Below, piece after piece: positions 1-14,229 of a DNA stretch of 64,000 nucleotides (its first letter is position 1; every line of letters begins with the position of its first letter). Both the position numbers and the translations under genes were made by a program. A model generated the notes under the pieces. That model saw only the letters and a program-made list of their open reading frames with translations, made no database searches and had not been told where the DNA came from. The stretch covers positions 12,772,001 through 12,836,000 of the forward strand of contig NC_043004.1 of the NCBI RefSeq assembly GCF_006345805.1. Direction: 5' to 3'. Origin of the DNA: Octopus sinensis (Eukaryota).

Positions 1-84
1 CTGAAAATCAAGGAGCACTCTTATGCTCAAATAATACACACATATATATACACACATACATACATATATATATGTATATATATG

Positions 85-127
<43 letters not shown>

Positions 128-178
128 ACGGGTATGGCTATACATACATACATACATATATACATAATTTTACTATTG

Positions 179-330
179 GTGCAGGTGTGCCTGTCTGATA
201 GCAAAGTTGCTTCCAGCCACAGGGTTCCGGGTTCAATCCCAGACTATGGCACCTTGGGTAGATGCCTTCTAATACAGCCTCAAGCCTACCAAAGCTTTGT
301 GAGTGGATTTAGTAATTTAGTAGACAGGGA
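179..330 (+). mobile_element. tRNA-derived SINE, family A, 5' part
   Basis: B-box GGTTCAATCCC then GGCACCTTGGG..CAAAGCTTTGTGAGTGGATTT, shared with the copies at 17200-17600 and 56907-57370. Confidence 0.75.
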
Positions 331-1479
331 CTAGCACACGACTATGTCAAATTGATACAAAATATTTATGTAAATTAAATGTAGTTATTTGGATGAATGG
401 AGTGGAATGGAAATCGCACTATTATAATTTCATTTAATGTACATGAAATATAAATGTTCACATTTAATTGCATGAAGAGAAAAGATTTGACTAAAACTTA
501 GATAATGAAAGATTGTAACATAATACAATATTGATGAAAATAATGAAGAAAATGTAATTAGTTAAAATTCGAAAGTCTAGACTAAATCTATCAGTAGTTG
601 TATATGGGGAAAATATCACTGAATAATTTCGAATAAAGTTCTTGTTTTGAGTTAATTACTTAAATTTTAAATGGCTCGTCGTAATAATATAAAATTAACG
701 AATCTTGATTACTAGGAAATATGTTCAAGATAAATTTGTAGTTGGAAGGTATAAATTCTTTGTTGGAAGGCTTCAGGAAAATATTTATAATAACCTTGCA
801 AGAAAATGCTTTATCCTGGTTTAAAGTATTAAATTAAATTGCATATGTATCATAATCAAACAAGTAGATTCATTCCCTGTAATAGTTTCCTCAGAAATGT
901 TATCGCAAAGTGAGGAAGTTATATGATGTACTATTAGAAAAGCTATGGCTGTTGGCGTGTATTAATAAGCATTATGTTCACTGTTGACTTTATTTCAACG
1001 GTATTGCTGTACTAGCACAAAGTGTGAGTGTACGTTTCAGAAAATATAACCTAGTTGGCAGTACAATCAGCTTAAACTATTTTAACTTTCAAATAAACCA
1101 GTTTTTAAAGTTCAAAACTATTGTTGAGTACTCTGTAGTAGTTGCAGTTTGGTGTATCCCCATAGATGCAATTTTTAGTTGCAGAAGCCTTGTGAAGTTA
1201 ACCAGGCGGTTGGTGTAGTAAACCTACAGAAATCGCAGTATTGCAAAAAAAAAAAATGTTTCAATAATGTAGTTGATATAATTTTTAAAATATTAATTTG
1301 ACTTATTAGGGTTTTTAGATCATTCCTTCAAAATAAAGAAGCGTGTGTAATTCACGTGTAATGCTTTATATGTATTTTGGTTCATTTTGAAAATAATTTG
1401 TTTTTGCATACCAGAGTATAATATATTACAGCGCATATATAATAGCTTATTATAACAATACAGCGTAGAGTTATTATAA

Positions 1480-1900
1480 GGCGATGAGTTGGAAGAAACG
1501 TTAGCACGCCGGGCGAAATACTTAGCGGTATTTCGTCTGCAGTTACGTTCTGAGTTCAAATTCCGCCGAGGTCGACTTTGCCTTTCATCCTTTCGGGGTC
1601 GATAAACTAAGTAACAGTTACGCACTGGGGTCGATGTAATCGACTTCATCCGTTTGTCTGTTCTTGTTTGTTCCCTCTATGTTTAGCCCCCTGTGGACAA
1701 TAAAGAAATAAGAAACGTTACTACGCAGGTCGAAATGCTTAGCGATATTTCGCCTGCCTTTATGTTCTGAGTTTAAATCCCGTCGACTTTGCCTTTCATC
1801 GTTTCAGGGTCGATAAATTACCAGTTGCGTACTTGGGATCGATCTAATCGACTGGCCCTCCTCCACCATAATTTAGAGCCTTGTGCCTAGAGTATAAAAG
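1480..1900 (+). mobile_element. SINE family B dimer (tail-1 copy nested in a tail-2 copy)
   Basis: Two copies of GTTCTGAGTTCAAAT..GTCGACTTTGCCTTTCATCCTTTCGGGGTCGATAAA; 20-bp TSD AATACAGCGTAGAGT(T/A)ATTA at 1457-1476 and 1901-1920. Confidence 0.85.
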
Positions 1901-2518
1901 AATACAGCGTAGAGTAATTATGTTTTAGATGGTTAAGTATATAAATATTCTATGTATTCTTTAATGCGTTTTCATACGATATTGTATAAGGAAAGGGAAT
2001 AAAAATTGTTTATTAAACACGAATTGCCATCGGCGTTATTGTGAGTATGTTACAGAAATTTATCGCACTTTTTCCCAAACAGTATAAATTAAATTGAATA
2101 TTTTCTTTGTACTAATATAAATTTTCTTTACATTTGCTTACATATATCATCTAATTTAAATTTGATATTAATTTTAATACAAACTTTGCAGACGTTTCTC
2201 TAAAAGCGATCAGAGAACTTTGAGCTTTCTAATATATAATTAAAATTATTTCTGCCCAATTGGTAAAAAAAAAAATCTCATGCAGCCATTTCAATAAAAC
2301 AGCCTGTCCTTCTTTTTGCATTTTCCGTTTTCTCAGCTCTCGAAAGTAAAATTCGTCAGTAACAAATACTGTCATGTCATATTTTGGGATTTTATATTCA
2401 AACATTCTCCACTTATTTTCACCCAGCATGCACCACGTAGCATATAAAATGAGGAACATTTAATTCTATGCAAATCATCGAGATCGTTATTCAATTAATG
2501 ATTTTGCATTTTATGTAG

Positions 2519-2684
2519 GAATGGTTATGTGATAAGAACTGCATTTTCGGACAACGTGGTTTTGAGTTCAGTGGTACTCTGTGGTATATTGGACAAGTGC
2601 CTTCTATCCTAGCCAAAGGCCAACTAAAGGCTTGTGAGTGGATTTGGTAGATTGATAGATAAAAACTAAAGGAAGCCTGTCGTG

Positions 2685-2685
<1 letters not shown>
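2519..2685 (+). mobile_element. SINE family A, degenerate 5' part
   Basis: GGCTTGTGAGTGGATTTGGTAG..GAAGCCTGTCGT followed by a microsatellite. Confidence 0.65.
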
Positions 2686-2751
<66 letters not shown>

Positions 2752-2761
2752 TATATATATA

Positions 2762-3210
2762 TACGAGTTGGTATAAAAATGTTCCTAGAATAGTTCTGTA
2801 GCGCGTTAACAGAAGGAAGCACAGTGTTGCGTGCGCAATCAGAGCTATCAGTGACCTTCATGAGACAGTGTGCCGAGTGGCGTAGCTGTGTTTACTTCAC
2901 AAGCTGTGTAATTTGTGTTTTTGTAATCACGTGTATGCTGTAGTTCGCGATTTTGTCATGGACAGGAACAAAAAGCCAACGTGAAACTTTGCGTTAAACT
3001 TGGCAAGTCTGCTGCAGAGACATCGAGCATATCTCAGCTAGATTACAGCGACGAGGCAATGGGTCGTACACCATGCTTTGAGTAGCATGGGCGCTTTAAA
3101 CGTGGAAGAAGTCCCTGGAAAATGTTGAGCGATCTGGAAGGCCTTCTACGAACGTCACCCCACAAGAAATGTCGAAAAAATTCATCAGTTGTGCATGAGG
3201 AGCATGCACA
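2762..3210 (+). mobile_element. Mariner transposon 5' fragment (TIR plus decayed transposase HTH)
   Basis: TA-CGAG..TATAAAAATGTTCC TIR-like start; translation EQKANVKLCVKLGKSAAET...MGRTPCFE*HGRFKRGR..ERSGRPST resembles the mariner N-terminal HTH; contains a stop and a frameshift. Confidence 0.8.
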
Positions 3211-3563
3211 ACAATCTATCTGTTTGTCTCTCAATCTGACTGTCTGTGTGTTTGTTTGTCCGGTTTGTGTGTACATTTGTTCTACATGATGAAGAGTACA
3301 TCTCACTCATTCAGCGTTCAAGATTTATGGTTGTAACGTAACTTCCGGAGCTGAGAAGATCAAATTTTGGCTAAACCTAGAACTTGAATATTCTACATCC
3401 AGTTTTCATTAACTTGTCTTATGTTCGTTGCGTACATAATACACACACACACACATATATATATAGGTATATATGAGCATGTGTAGATATGCAACTATAA
3501 GCATACATGCATGCAAGACATACATGCATGCAAGCATGCGTACATATATTTATGTATATATTC

Positions 3564-3597
<34 letters not shown>

Positions 3598-3699
3598 CGG
3601 AGTAAACACATAAATGTGAAACAAGGTGGAAAAAAGAGTACTCACATACCAGTGGTAGAGTAATATGCTTTATTTAAGCAGCAGAAAATTCAACAAAAT

Positions 3700-3737
3700 C
3701 TGTTACTCTGAGTTTCTCGTTGCCGTTCATCAGACAG
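3700..3737 (-). ncRNA. Minimal type I hammerhead ribozyme
   Basis: CTGT-CTGATGA-A CG GCAA CG A-GAAA-CTC A GAG-TA-ACAG: 4-bp stem I, short GNRA-capped stem II, near-palindromic stem III, GUA site. Confidence 0.8.
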
Positions 3738-4769
3738 TTCTTGCTAGAATGGAACATATATATTAATTCAATCTATACTCTTACAAACGCTACACCTTTA
3801 AAAAGAAATGGACTGTTTGATTGGCCCTTTAGAAAAAACGGTCAATCTTCGAGCGATAAAAAAAAAGGTCAAAAATATATGTATATATATAAAAACTTAT
3901 AAAAATTATAAAATCGAGGAGAAAATACCGAGGAAAAAACCTGTTGCCGTTAATGAAGACAGTACAAATTAATGATAGAAATTAAACCTGTTATAAATAC
4001 TGCAATACATATTTATATTAAAATCCACATATATATATCAACATACACAAAAGGATGCGCGTAAACGCCATACATACATATACAGACGTATGAATATGAA
4101 TCTAAATTATACACATAAAAGCATGTGTACATATATTCACGCAAAACGTCTCGCACGCAAGCTAAAATTCATCTATGTAGCAATTCTCATATACTGAGCA
4201 AGGAGGGGGAACGAAAGAAAGGGAAAGAGAGAAAAAGGAACGAAGGAGGGGTGGGGAAAAAAATTTGTAGCGATGTTATTTGGCATCTATAGAGGCCAGT
4301 ATACATACACAAGTTTGAATCGATACATATACATACCGTCGTGTGTATGCGTGCTTAAGAACAAGCATACTTTCACTTACACATACACAGATACGTATGC
4401 TTACAAATACATATGTTTTGCTATACACAAACTTATATGAACATTCTAAATTTGACAACATTGCTTTTTTTATATAAAAAAACATTGCTTTTAAAAATTC
4501 GGTGCATTAATAAAAATATATACGAAAGACCTATAAAATAAAATATAACATCCTATTTTGGGTCATTTATAAATAATCAAGGTAATATAAATAATCAAGG
4601 TAATCTTATGCAATACAATAACATGAAAACAAAGTTTGTAGGTTTTTCCTAATATATATGTAGAAACAATAAGACTTTGCTATAGGTCCGTTGCAGCGCT
4701 CAAGAGTCAAAATCAAAATCAAAAAATCAAAATACAAAATATATACTATCCATATGGTATATTTATATT

Positions 4770-6594
4770 CGACATTTTAAATTTAGCCTGTGCCTACATA
4801 AGTCATTAATTCACTTCTTTGATTCAAAGAATTATGTCTTTGAATAATATATGCATTTTTTCTAATAAGCAAAGCTTGCACTTGAAATTATATTTGTAAG
4901 CTCCATGCCTGTATGGTGCCGCCCTGTCCAGAATGCTCCATGTCACGGTGAAAGGTGGGGCTTCCTTTTCTTTTAGTCCCAGACATATTTTGCTAGGCTG
5001 GTTTTCTTTCTATTCTCTGGGTATTTAAAAGAATTCTTATGAGAATAAAATCTTGTTTTAAATGAATTTTCTGAAGCCCCTGTGTATGTCTTGTATTCTG
5101 ATGAGCCTTCCACTTGCACCTGGCTCTATAAACTACTCCTTTCACTAGACATTTCCTTCTAACGGACAGGAGCTTTCGTTTTTGCAATTACATTTCTTAA
5201 TGGGCTCGGCACCATGTCTAATCTCAATTAGCTTCCTATATGTTGGCTAATGTAAGAGGCGAAATTTCTGCAACAAGAATAGCTAACCTTCAGGGTTCTT
5301 CTATTAAATATTCTGTAGAATTTATGACCCTGCCTAAAATGCTTAGATACTAATCTCAAAAATTCCTTACCTATATTAGTCTTTACGGCCAAATTGAAAG
5401 CCGGGTTGAACCACAAAACTTTCCTAGTCCTAGTTCTTCGTGCAGCATTATTATTAGCATTAAGCTGGTTGAACTGGATCTTCTCCGAGAATCCACTATT
5501 CTTAATGCGCTATCGTAATAAGGTGCAGCATTATGGAATGCTGCCTCGTCCGAAGAAATTGAAGAATTCTTTTCTACCTACATTGCTGACTAAGTTGCTA
5601 AGGATAACTGGTGGATGGTTCGAATCTTTGCTAATATACGATAGCTTTTCATTGGGCTTACGGAAAGGTTTAAATCTATCCGATCTTACATTAAAATTTA
5701 CGTCTAAAAAATCTACACTATTCAGGTTAGTATCTATCGTAATCCGTAAGCCCATCCTTGAAAGAAAGCTATAAGGTCCTCCTAAGTCTATCTGATTCAT
5801 GGCCGTTTAGATTATGCGTGGCTATAAGGCCGTCATCCCTATATAGACCTGCATCTATAAATGGGAATTCTATTTTTAGATTATGGAGAATAAAGGCTCC
5901 TATGAGCATACATAATTCAGCCCCGTCGTATGCCCCCATCGGTACATCGAAAAGAGAATCCTCAGTCTTCTTAATCCAGGTGGAATCTCGAAAAACAGAA
6001 GCGATTTCCTCGCATGCATAATAATTTCAATTTCCGAGCTATCGATGTTGACATACTGCTTGGCGAAGTCCAATGCCCTTAGGAGCAACGTCCTAGATAT
6101 CGACGGGTAAAAGTCAATAATGTCGAATTGTGTGAAACTACAATTATTCTTATAGCTAATACCTTTAAACCACTCTATAACGACTTACTATTCTTCCAAA
6201 TTCTCAAGTCTACTTCACTATCTAATTTAACTAAAATACGGTCTAAAATATTTTTGCTAATAATTCCTATCTCAGTTTAGCCGGATTTATCAATCTACAT
6301 TGGGGGTTTCTACTAAAATTGTCTTTATGGTCTTTCAGAGTAATAAAAGCTGTCGTGGTGAAAGGTATTCAATCCTTCGCTAATCTTAAGATCGTTAGCT
6401 ATTCCTCTTGCTTCTAAGTTCACCTCTTTGTATATATTCGTGTTGTCTTTTTTGTACGTGTCCGTGACACTATTCGAAATCAGGCGTTTATAAACGTCCT
6501 TATCAAGTGCATATAAGTTCCTTGTCTTGTCAGAATTAACGAAGATCTTATTCGAGCCGTTAATTTCCTTAAATTCCGCAAATTTACCAACCAA
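4770..6594 (-). pseudogene. PLE reverse transcriptase-GIY-YIG endonuclease, frameshifted
   Basis: NSDKTRNLY, QFDIIDFYPSI, FDVPMGAYDGAELC, GLYRDDG, VDFLDV, SNHPP, WFNPAF and GVVYRARC motifs spread over several frames. Confidence 0.9.
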
Positions 6595-6665
6595 TGCAAA
6601 AAAACATGAGAGAAAAAATTAAGAGTATAGATTGAATTAATATATATGTTCCATTCTAGCAAGAA

Positions 6666-6703
6666 CTGTCTGATGAACGGCAACGAGAAACTCAGAGTAA
6701 CAG
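6666..6703 (+). ncRNA. Minimal type I hammerhead ribozyme (inverted pLTR copy)
   Basis: Identical to the 3700-3737 motif on the opposite strand. Confidence 0.8.
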
Positions 6704-6737
6704 ATTTTGTGAATTTTCTGCTGCTTAAATAAAGTAT

Positions 6738-6779
<42 letters not shown>

Positions 6780-6889
6780 TACATATATATATATGATATA
6801 CATGCATATATTGTGTATATTTCTATGGTATGTGTGTACGCGTGCGTGCGTCTTATTGTCTCTCCATACATGCACACATACACACATAC

Positions 6890-6941
<52 letters not shown>

Positions 6942-7536
6942 CAGTATATGATCAACTTAACTCGTGATAAACTAGTTTTCTCTTCTATTTTGGGACTAGA
7001 CAATTCACATACTGCGCAACAAAAAGTTTTATTGGATAATGTTTTTGTTTCTTTTTTCTGAATCTGTCTTTTATTTAGTAAAATTGAACTTTCGAATTAG
7101 TTTAACAGTTATTCATTCATATAATTCTTTATTTTGGAATTGCAAATTAAATTGGAACAGAACAGGAAGCGGTACGAAAAACAAAAGAAGAAACACACGA
7201 TAATTTTATTCAGTTCGCTAATATTAATATTAACGGATGGAATATATGAATAAGAAGTCTATTATTTTATTATTCAGCAATTTTATCAAAATATTGTCGC
7301 AGTTTGATTTCTCTAAACAAAGAATTTACGTTTAAATGAAGTATAGGCAGCAAGTGTTGAAGTGGTTGTCTAGTACTTGTCTAGTTCAGCTTTAAATAAG
7401 AAGCCCGATTATCAGAGATATTCAATACAAAATAATTCTGTTTTTCATTCTGACCCGGCTTATCTCGCACTAGATTATTGACGGTGCTATATAATTAATA
7501 TGATGGGTAATACAAAGCTAGTTATTGTATAAATTA

Positions 7537-7931
7537 CTAGCAGTATCGCCCGGCGTTGCTCGGATTTGTAAGGGAAATAACTATATAAGCATTTTTAGAG
7601 AGTTATAGCAAAAAATTAGCAAAAAATGCATTAAAAATGGAAAAAAAATGATGGTAAATTTTTTTTAAATCGTTGACTCATCGTAGACATCTTTAGAGAG
7701 TTACTTCCCTTATATAATAGCGAAAAAATGCATTAAAATGGAAAAAATGATGGTAAATTATTTTTAAAATCGTAGACCCATCGCAGACGCGCGCTAATAC
7801 CCAGAAGGGCTCGATATGAATCACGAGTATAAGATACCCGGTTTTGGTTAAACTGCACCGCAAAATGTGGGAGTAGTTAGGAATCTAAATCGTAGGAGAC
7901 AGACACACAACCTTACTTTTATATATAAAGA
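7537..7931 (-). mobile_element. Non-autonomous Helitron
   Basis: Minus strand starts A|TCTTTATATATAAAAG and ends with the hairpin CCGAGCAACGCCGG then CTAG|T; no TSD; internal ~100-bp direct repeat. Confidence 0.85.
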
Positions 7932-10900
7932 TATAATAATATAAAAATCAACATGGAAGAAGTCCTGTAATAATGAGCCAATCACCTAATGTTAAATAGG
8001 GAGTCTCACTGATCAAGGTTTATACTGATTACCATGGATATATTCCTTCAGCCAACCAAATTCCTTGACTTACAGGTTCACCATCTTCACCCTACTGCCA
8101 GAAAATTCGCTGGAATTTTGCATCTCCCTCTACGCCTCCAATTCTTTTCTTCTAGTGAAACTGATATGAATGTAAGAAGCGAAAGTGTTTATCTTCAGAG
8201 CTACCAATCAGTGTTTCGGGGTGATTCCTACACGTGGCCATCTTGACAGCTTGTCGTAAATTTTCTGTTATGAATCATATCACTGTTGCATCTATTTACG
8301 GCAGTGGTCACCATTTGACTAAACCGGAAGAGATTCGGGGCTAAATAGTAACAACAGAAAAATGAATCTATGTTATAAGTTAAGAACAAGAAATTAGCTC
8401 TTTTTAAGGCATGGATTAAATTCACTATCGAAGCCATTTTATTAATGTAGCTAATAACATTGGAATCAACACGGATGCATCACACTCTAATTTCCTGCAT
8501 GCTTTATAAGCTAAAATGGTTCTTTTGGTATATATTAAAGTTGTTCATATGGTAACACGTAGGAAATACTTTGTTGCAGTTTTCAGTCGTTTGGCATTTT
8601 GTGATTTCAGATTACATATATATCTCTTAGCTTCCGTTTGTTAAGACAGACAGACAAATTAAGTAATGTGGCACCAACAAGTGTCCATATTTCTCACGTT
8701 TAAACCTGTTGCTATGCTAACGAAATATTTTCTGTGTGTATCAATCAATAAACATGCAAATGTTAGGAAATGCTAATTACATTCGCAATGTAAGGGTTAG
8801 TAAGAGAAAAAAACATTAGCGTTGTTGATAACAGCTGTTTAATGGATGCAAAACTGCGATTAATAACAAGAATGTTTAGTTAGAATGATGGGATTAAGCA
8901 AGGGAGAGTTTTGTACTATTGTGATTAGAATCAAAGACATGGTTTTAAGGAAAGAAGAAATATGTTCAATGAAAAGAATTAACTAAGATGAAGGCGTTTC
9001 CAGCCTTATCGTCTGCGTTACAAATGTTCTTTCTACATTAGACATTAATTGTAATCTTCTCGTTATCCAAGGTTTTGTTTCCATTATGCTTGCATCATTC
9101 TCGTTTTTATCACATTTGGCATCAATGGGGATTCCGTTTTTGTCATTGCTGTTTATGCAACTATAATGTTCTTTTGCTTTCTTACTACTTTTCAAAATCT
9201 GCTTTGGCGATTTCACTTTTATTTTTTCGTTTTCTACACTTTTTTTTTATTCAAATGTATTTTGTATAGATTTTATTCTTGTACTTCTTCCTACTTTCCT
9301 TTAGTTATTTAGTATTTTGTCATTTAATTCCCTGCTTAGTTTTGTTGACGCATTTTCTAATTTAATGTTATTGTTGTTGTTGACGTTATTGTTAGTTCAT
9401 CTGGTTGTTCAGGATCAATGAACAGCAATTTAGAATTATTAAATTCGTGAAGGAAGTTTGCTGGATTAACACGACACATTATTTGTATTTGTCAGATTTG
9501 AATGAATTTGAAATAACGATAAAACTTGTCGAATTCTTTTTAAAGCAAGTTTGTTACTTCGTGATAAAAAGAAAAGTTTGCTAATTTTGCTTTCCATAGG
9601 TTCGTGTTTTAAAACTTATACTATAAATTACGAGGTGAGGACTATTATTTCGAAAGCCCACTGTATATAGACATTCATATCCACGTATTAAATGTGTTTT
9701 ATTTGCAGCTCTTCCATTTCTGTAAATAACTGAAATGTAATGTAAAATGGATCTCCACTGCTTTTGACCAAGAACTTTCATGTGTCGACCAAGTAAATTA
9801 CTTGGTCATAGAAGTTGCTTGTAAATGACTGATCATTCCGCACAATTGAATTTCTCAAAATAATTCCAGGATAGAATCGACGTGACATAATGTACGACAG
9901 GTTCAGTCTATCGGACAGGTTTCTACTCAATTTCAATCTACCTAATTTCATTCACAAAATACGACTTGACTCGAATCTATGTTAAAAGACAATTACACTA
10001 GATGCCACACAGTCAGATCAACCCGGGGACTTCCTGAGGCGAATGTCTACCATTTTGATAAATGCTACAATATCAGAAACTGCACAATTCTTTTACCTTG
10101 TCTGCTTGTAAAAAGTGAACGACATGATCGTAGATTTTCGGAAGGTTTTCCCTCTATATTTTACAGTAGATATTATTTACACTTGAATAAGGAAGAAAAT
10201 TTGGCCAGTTTCCAGTATACTCTAAAAATAATTAAAGAAATGGTAACAACTGCAATAATAAAACGCAAACGAACCGAAAGACAAGCCCGTACGCAGTCCT
10301 TCATGAGCTCAACCTTTCAATTTTGCAGAATTCTTCATTCTTGAGATTATCCCTTCTTCTTTGTCTTTCTTAATATTACGTAATTAGTATATACCCCATA
10401 CAGGCGGAGATAATTTTAGTAAATCGAGAATTTATGCCGAATGGCATTTGAGGTACTTGTGTTTGTCCATAGTAAGTGAATAATGTACAGGACTGTTTTT
10501 TCTCTTTTTCTCTGATCCCTATCTCTCTCAACGCTTTCTCTTTCTCGAAATCGACTAAGAGTAGAGGCCAAAAACTGAGTAGTTACTTGGCGACTCTCCA
10601 CGAAAACTTCTACCAATCGTCGGACACGATAAGAAATAAAGTTGATGATTTATTTAAGATGTGCTCCGCTCGAGAAAACTTTTGATCAAATATATTCCAC
10701 TTGTAATCATCCCTCCTGTTACGTTTTTACAGCAACATTGTCTAATGTGTCGTTTCCCGATTAAAATCATGAGATGTGATTTGAGGAAAATCTGGTTACT
10801 ATTTCTAACAGGTCTGGGCAATGGACTTTGTGGCTCACTTGTTGTCTATTAAAACGAATCATTAATAAACACTCATGAAATTTAGATTAAATACATTAGA

Positions 10901-11084
10901 AGTAGTCTTCTCTCTTCTGGGATCATATCTGGCACAAACTTAGCAAAATATGCATCACAAAGGCATCTCCTCGCCATCTCTCTCAATCCGATTGTCTGAC
11001 TGCCTGTCTGTCTGTTTATTTATCTATCTATATATATGTGAGTGTGCATGTATTTATATCTAAACACACATATATATGCATATG

Positions 11085-11146
<62 letters not shown>

Positions 11147-11214
11147 GTATATATATGTATGTATATATATATATGTATATATACGTATACACACACACAC
11201 ATACACACACACAC

Positions 11215-11257
<43 letters not shown>

Positions 11258-11612
11258 ATCTGACAAAGTGCCATGAATGGTAACAAATTTGGATGAGATT
11301 CAAATTGTTCGAAATCACAGTTGTTTGACATGTGTTAAAGGCCCAAATATATTTAAAAATATATTCTTTATTAATAAATAATTACTCAATTAATTAATGT
11401 ACAGCTTCGTAAGCTACGTTGTTTTTTCTATTAATTGTCTTTTTTACAGAATATGCATTGTTTGTATATATTAGCGACTACATTGCAAGGAGCCGTTATG
11501 CCTTGTAATGGTGGCTAGGTTGCCGAAATGCTATTAGAAAAGCTGTGATGGAAGAGTGGGTGGTATGTAGCTACTAAAGTTGATATTCATAGTTATTTCA
11601 TATTGGTGTAAC

Positions 11613-11990
11613 TGAACACCGAGCGAAATGCTTAGCGGTATTTTGTCTGCCGCTACGTTCTGAGTTCAAATTCCGCCGAGGTCGACTTTGTCTTTCATCC
11701 TTTCGGGGTCGATTAAATAAGTACCAGTTACGCACTGGGGTCGATACAATCGACTGAAACCCTTTGTCTGTCCTTGTTTGTCCTCTCTGTGTTTAGCCTC
11801 TTGTGGGTAGTAAAGAAATAGAAATAGGTATTTTGTCTGTCTTTACGTTCTGAGTTCAAATGCCGCCGAGGCCGACTTTCCCTTTCATCCTTTCAGGGTC
11901 GATAAATTAAGTACCAGTTGCATACTGAGTCGATCTAATCGACTGGCTCCTTCCCTAAAATTTCCGGCCTTGTGCCTAGAGGAAAAACGT
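11613..11990 (+). mobile_element. SINE family B dimer
   Basis: Two B bodies; 13-bp TSD ATATTGGTGTAAC at 11600-11612 and 11991-12003. Confidence 0.85.
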
Positions 11991-14229
11991 ATATTGGTGT
12001 AACAGAATTTGTATCAGGGATGTCAGACAGAGCAAATGTCAGAGAGTAGCGCTCTTTCGCTACCGGAAGATACTGGAAAAATTGTTTGTTTGTGTTGTCT
12101 GAATCTGTATTTCACTGACTGCTGTTGAATTCTGGTCCCGTCTCTGCTTGCCATTGAAACAAAATAAATAAAACGTGATTGAATTCAACTAATCGTTCGT
12201 TTAAAAATACAAATAAATTTTGTTGGAGATAAAATACTTTTTAGTTAGTTTTAAAGAAAAAAAAATATAGTTACTTAGATACCCAAATCAGATCTAACAA
12301 CCTGCAACTCAAGAGAAAAATTCACAAACAAAAGACAAAAAAAAAAAATTAATGGATGCTTATAGTTTTATTAAGATAAATGTTTGTTGTTTCAAACAAG
12401 CGTAATTAGGTTCGAAATTTAGTAGTTAGCATTTTTATCACTGTTACTACTACGGCTATTATCACTGATGCTGTTATCATTTATTGCATTGTTTTTGTGA
12501 TTATAATTGCTGTTGTTGCTTTTGCTGTAGCTACTGCAGTGTTGTTTTTGTATCTTTCCTGCAAATAATTTCCAAATCACTCACTTATTAATCTTAGAAC
12601 AACAGATCAAATATATAGCTACCGTCTACTGATCTTCGTACTTTTAAGTCCTTTTATCCTATAATTGGGAAGGCGAGTGTTTTTCTTTTTAGTTTCCAAA
12701 GTCAGAGCAGTTAGTTGCAAAAACACATGGTAACGATTATTGTAAAACTAACCCCATTCCTTTCCAGTGATAAATAAAACAAATAAATAAATATATCTAT
12801 AGATAAATAAGCGAAAACCGAATCGATATTTTAATCCCCGTTAGTGAGTTTAACGAAGACACGACAATAAAGTAGATTTATAACTTAGTGACCAGTAGCA
12901 TTGACAATCAAAGCACAGCTAGACAACCGAAAGCAGGAACACACTATAATTAGTTGCTGGCATTAGTATAGAACGTACAATTTATTTCTCTCTACCCCTG
13001 CCAATAATATTGGTTTCTTCTAACAAACAGCTTAAGACACAAGAACTTAATGTAAGGAAACTGAACTAAAACTAAATAAATATACGAATAAATAAATAAT
13101 GTATTGTCAAAGAAACAAAGATAAGTCGATGGCAGCTAACAATGTGCAAGAGGTAGCTAAAACCCCAAGAAAATAATAAGAGAGAGAGGGGGGAGAAAGA
13201 GAGAGTAGAACAATGTTTGCAAACAACAATAGCATTTGAAGATATAATGGACGAAAGCAAGGAGGAAAGCAATAAAAGCAAAGAAAGTAATTATTGAGAG
13301 TTACATAATAGAAATACGAGTTGTATAAATTATTCAGAACAATACCTGGCTCTGTCTTTGTTAGGCTACAATAAATGAATTTATTTAGAGAGACGATAAA
13401 TAGCGAAGCGCTTTGAAAGCCATCGACTAGGTGTAATGGAATGGCTACTTTCTCAAATGTGCTGGTCATTCGCCAGTAATTGACCACTGGCTAATTAAAA
13501 CTACAGTTGATAACATACCTCTCAATCAACGCTGGCAATTTACTATTTGTCGAACGGGAAGCGTGAAATTCTCGTTCTTCAAATAATAAAGTTGTAGAAT
13601 TTGATGACATTATCATTGAAGTGTTAACGGGACTAGACGGCAACAAAATAGCCAATAAGTTTTCTTACATTCGATTCTAAATCACGATAAATTGCATCTG
13701 TCTGGTTGAATGGTATATTAAACCATTGTCAGGACTAACGTAACGAGTGGCATACTATAAAGCAATGATCAATTAGTAGTGCTTTCCATAGAATGGGTTT
13801 CACAAAGAACAATCTTTGTTTTAACTGAACGGTTAGTTTCTTATTTAAGGTAAAATCTTATATACTAGCTCAATTAATATGAAGTTTTGAACAACTAAAT
13901 CTAGTGGCACATGTGATATTTCTTTTGTGCAATTGAATGAATAGAAAGCAGAGGTAAATCTTTGGTGAATTGAAATGCAAAGCAATTTTCTATTGAAGAA
14001 CTAACTGATGGGGCCTCAACACAATCTATCGTATGCTATAAGTAGTGGCTAAATCTCCTTTGAATCATACAAATCTGTTTTAAAGGAATTTAGATAATGT
14101 CATGCTAGGAACATTATGTCTAAAAACAGAGAGTATACTTTGACCATAAGCCTGCCTGCCCTGCGTTAATCTGGAACGAAACAGCAATAACAGTAGTAAC
14201 GATACTGAAAAGAACAACGATGGTGACAA

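Larger units (their letters stand above)
3595..6734 (-). mobile_element. Penelope-like retroelement (possibly Hydra clade) with 3' pLTR and inverted 5' pLTR, inserted in (TA)n
   Basis: Decayed RT/GIY-YIG frames on the minus strand; ~115-bp inverted repeat 3668-3783 / 6620-6734; (TA)n on both sides. Clade assignment is inference from the YRDD, WFNP and C-terminal LLEK..LNQRSEL motifs. Confidence 0.9.

Noticed and set aside
8070-8165. Candidate minus-strand exon with AG acceptor and GTAAGT donor
   Set aside because: Stop codons in all three frames and no other support
11020-11331. YIYI-, poly-I, poly-H, poly-E and poly-D ORFs here and throughout the track
   Set aside because: They are translations of (TA)n, (ATT)n, (GAT)n and (GAA)n microsatellites
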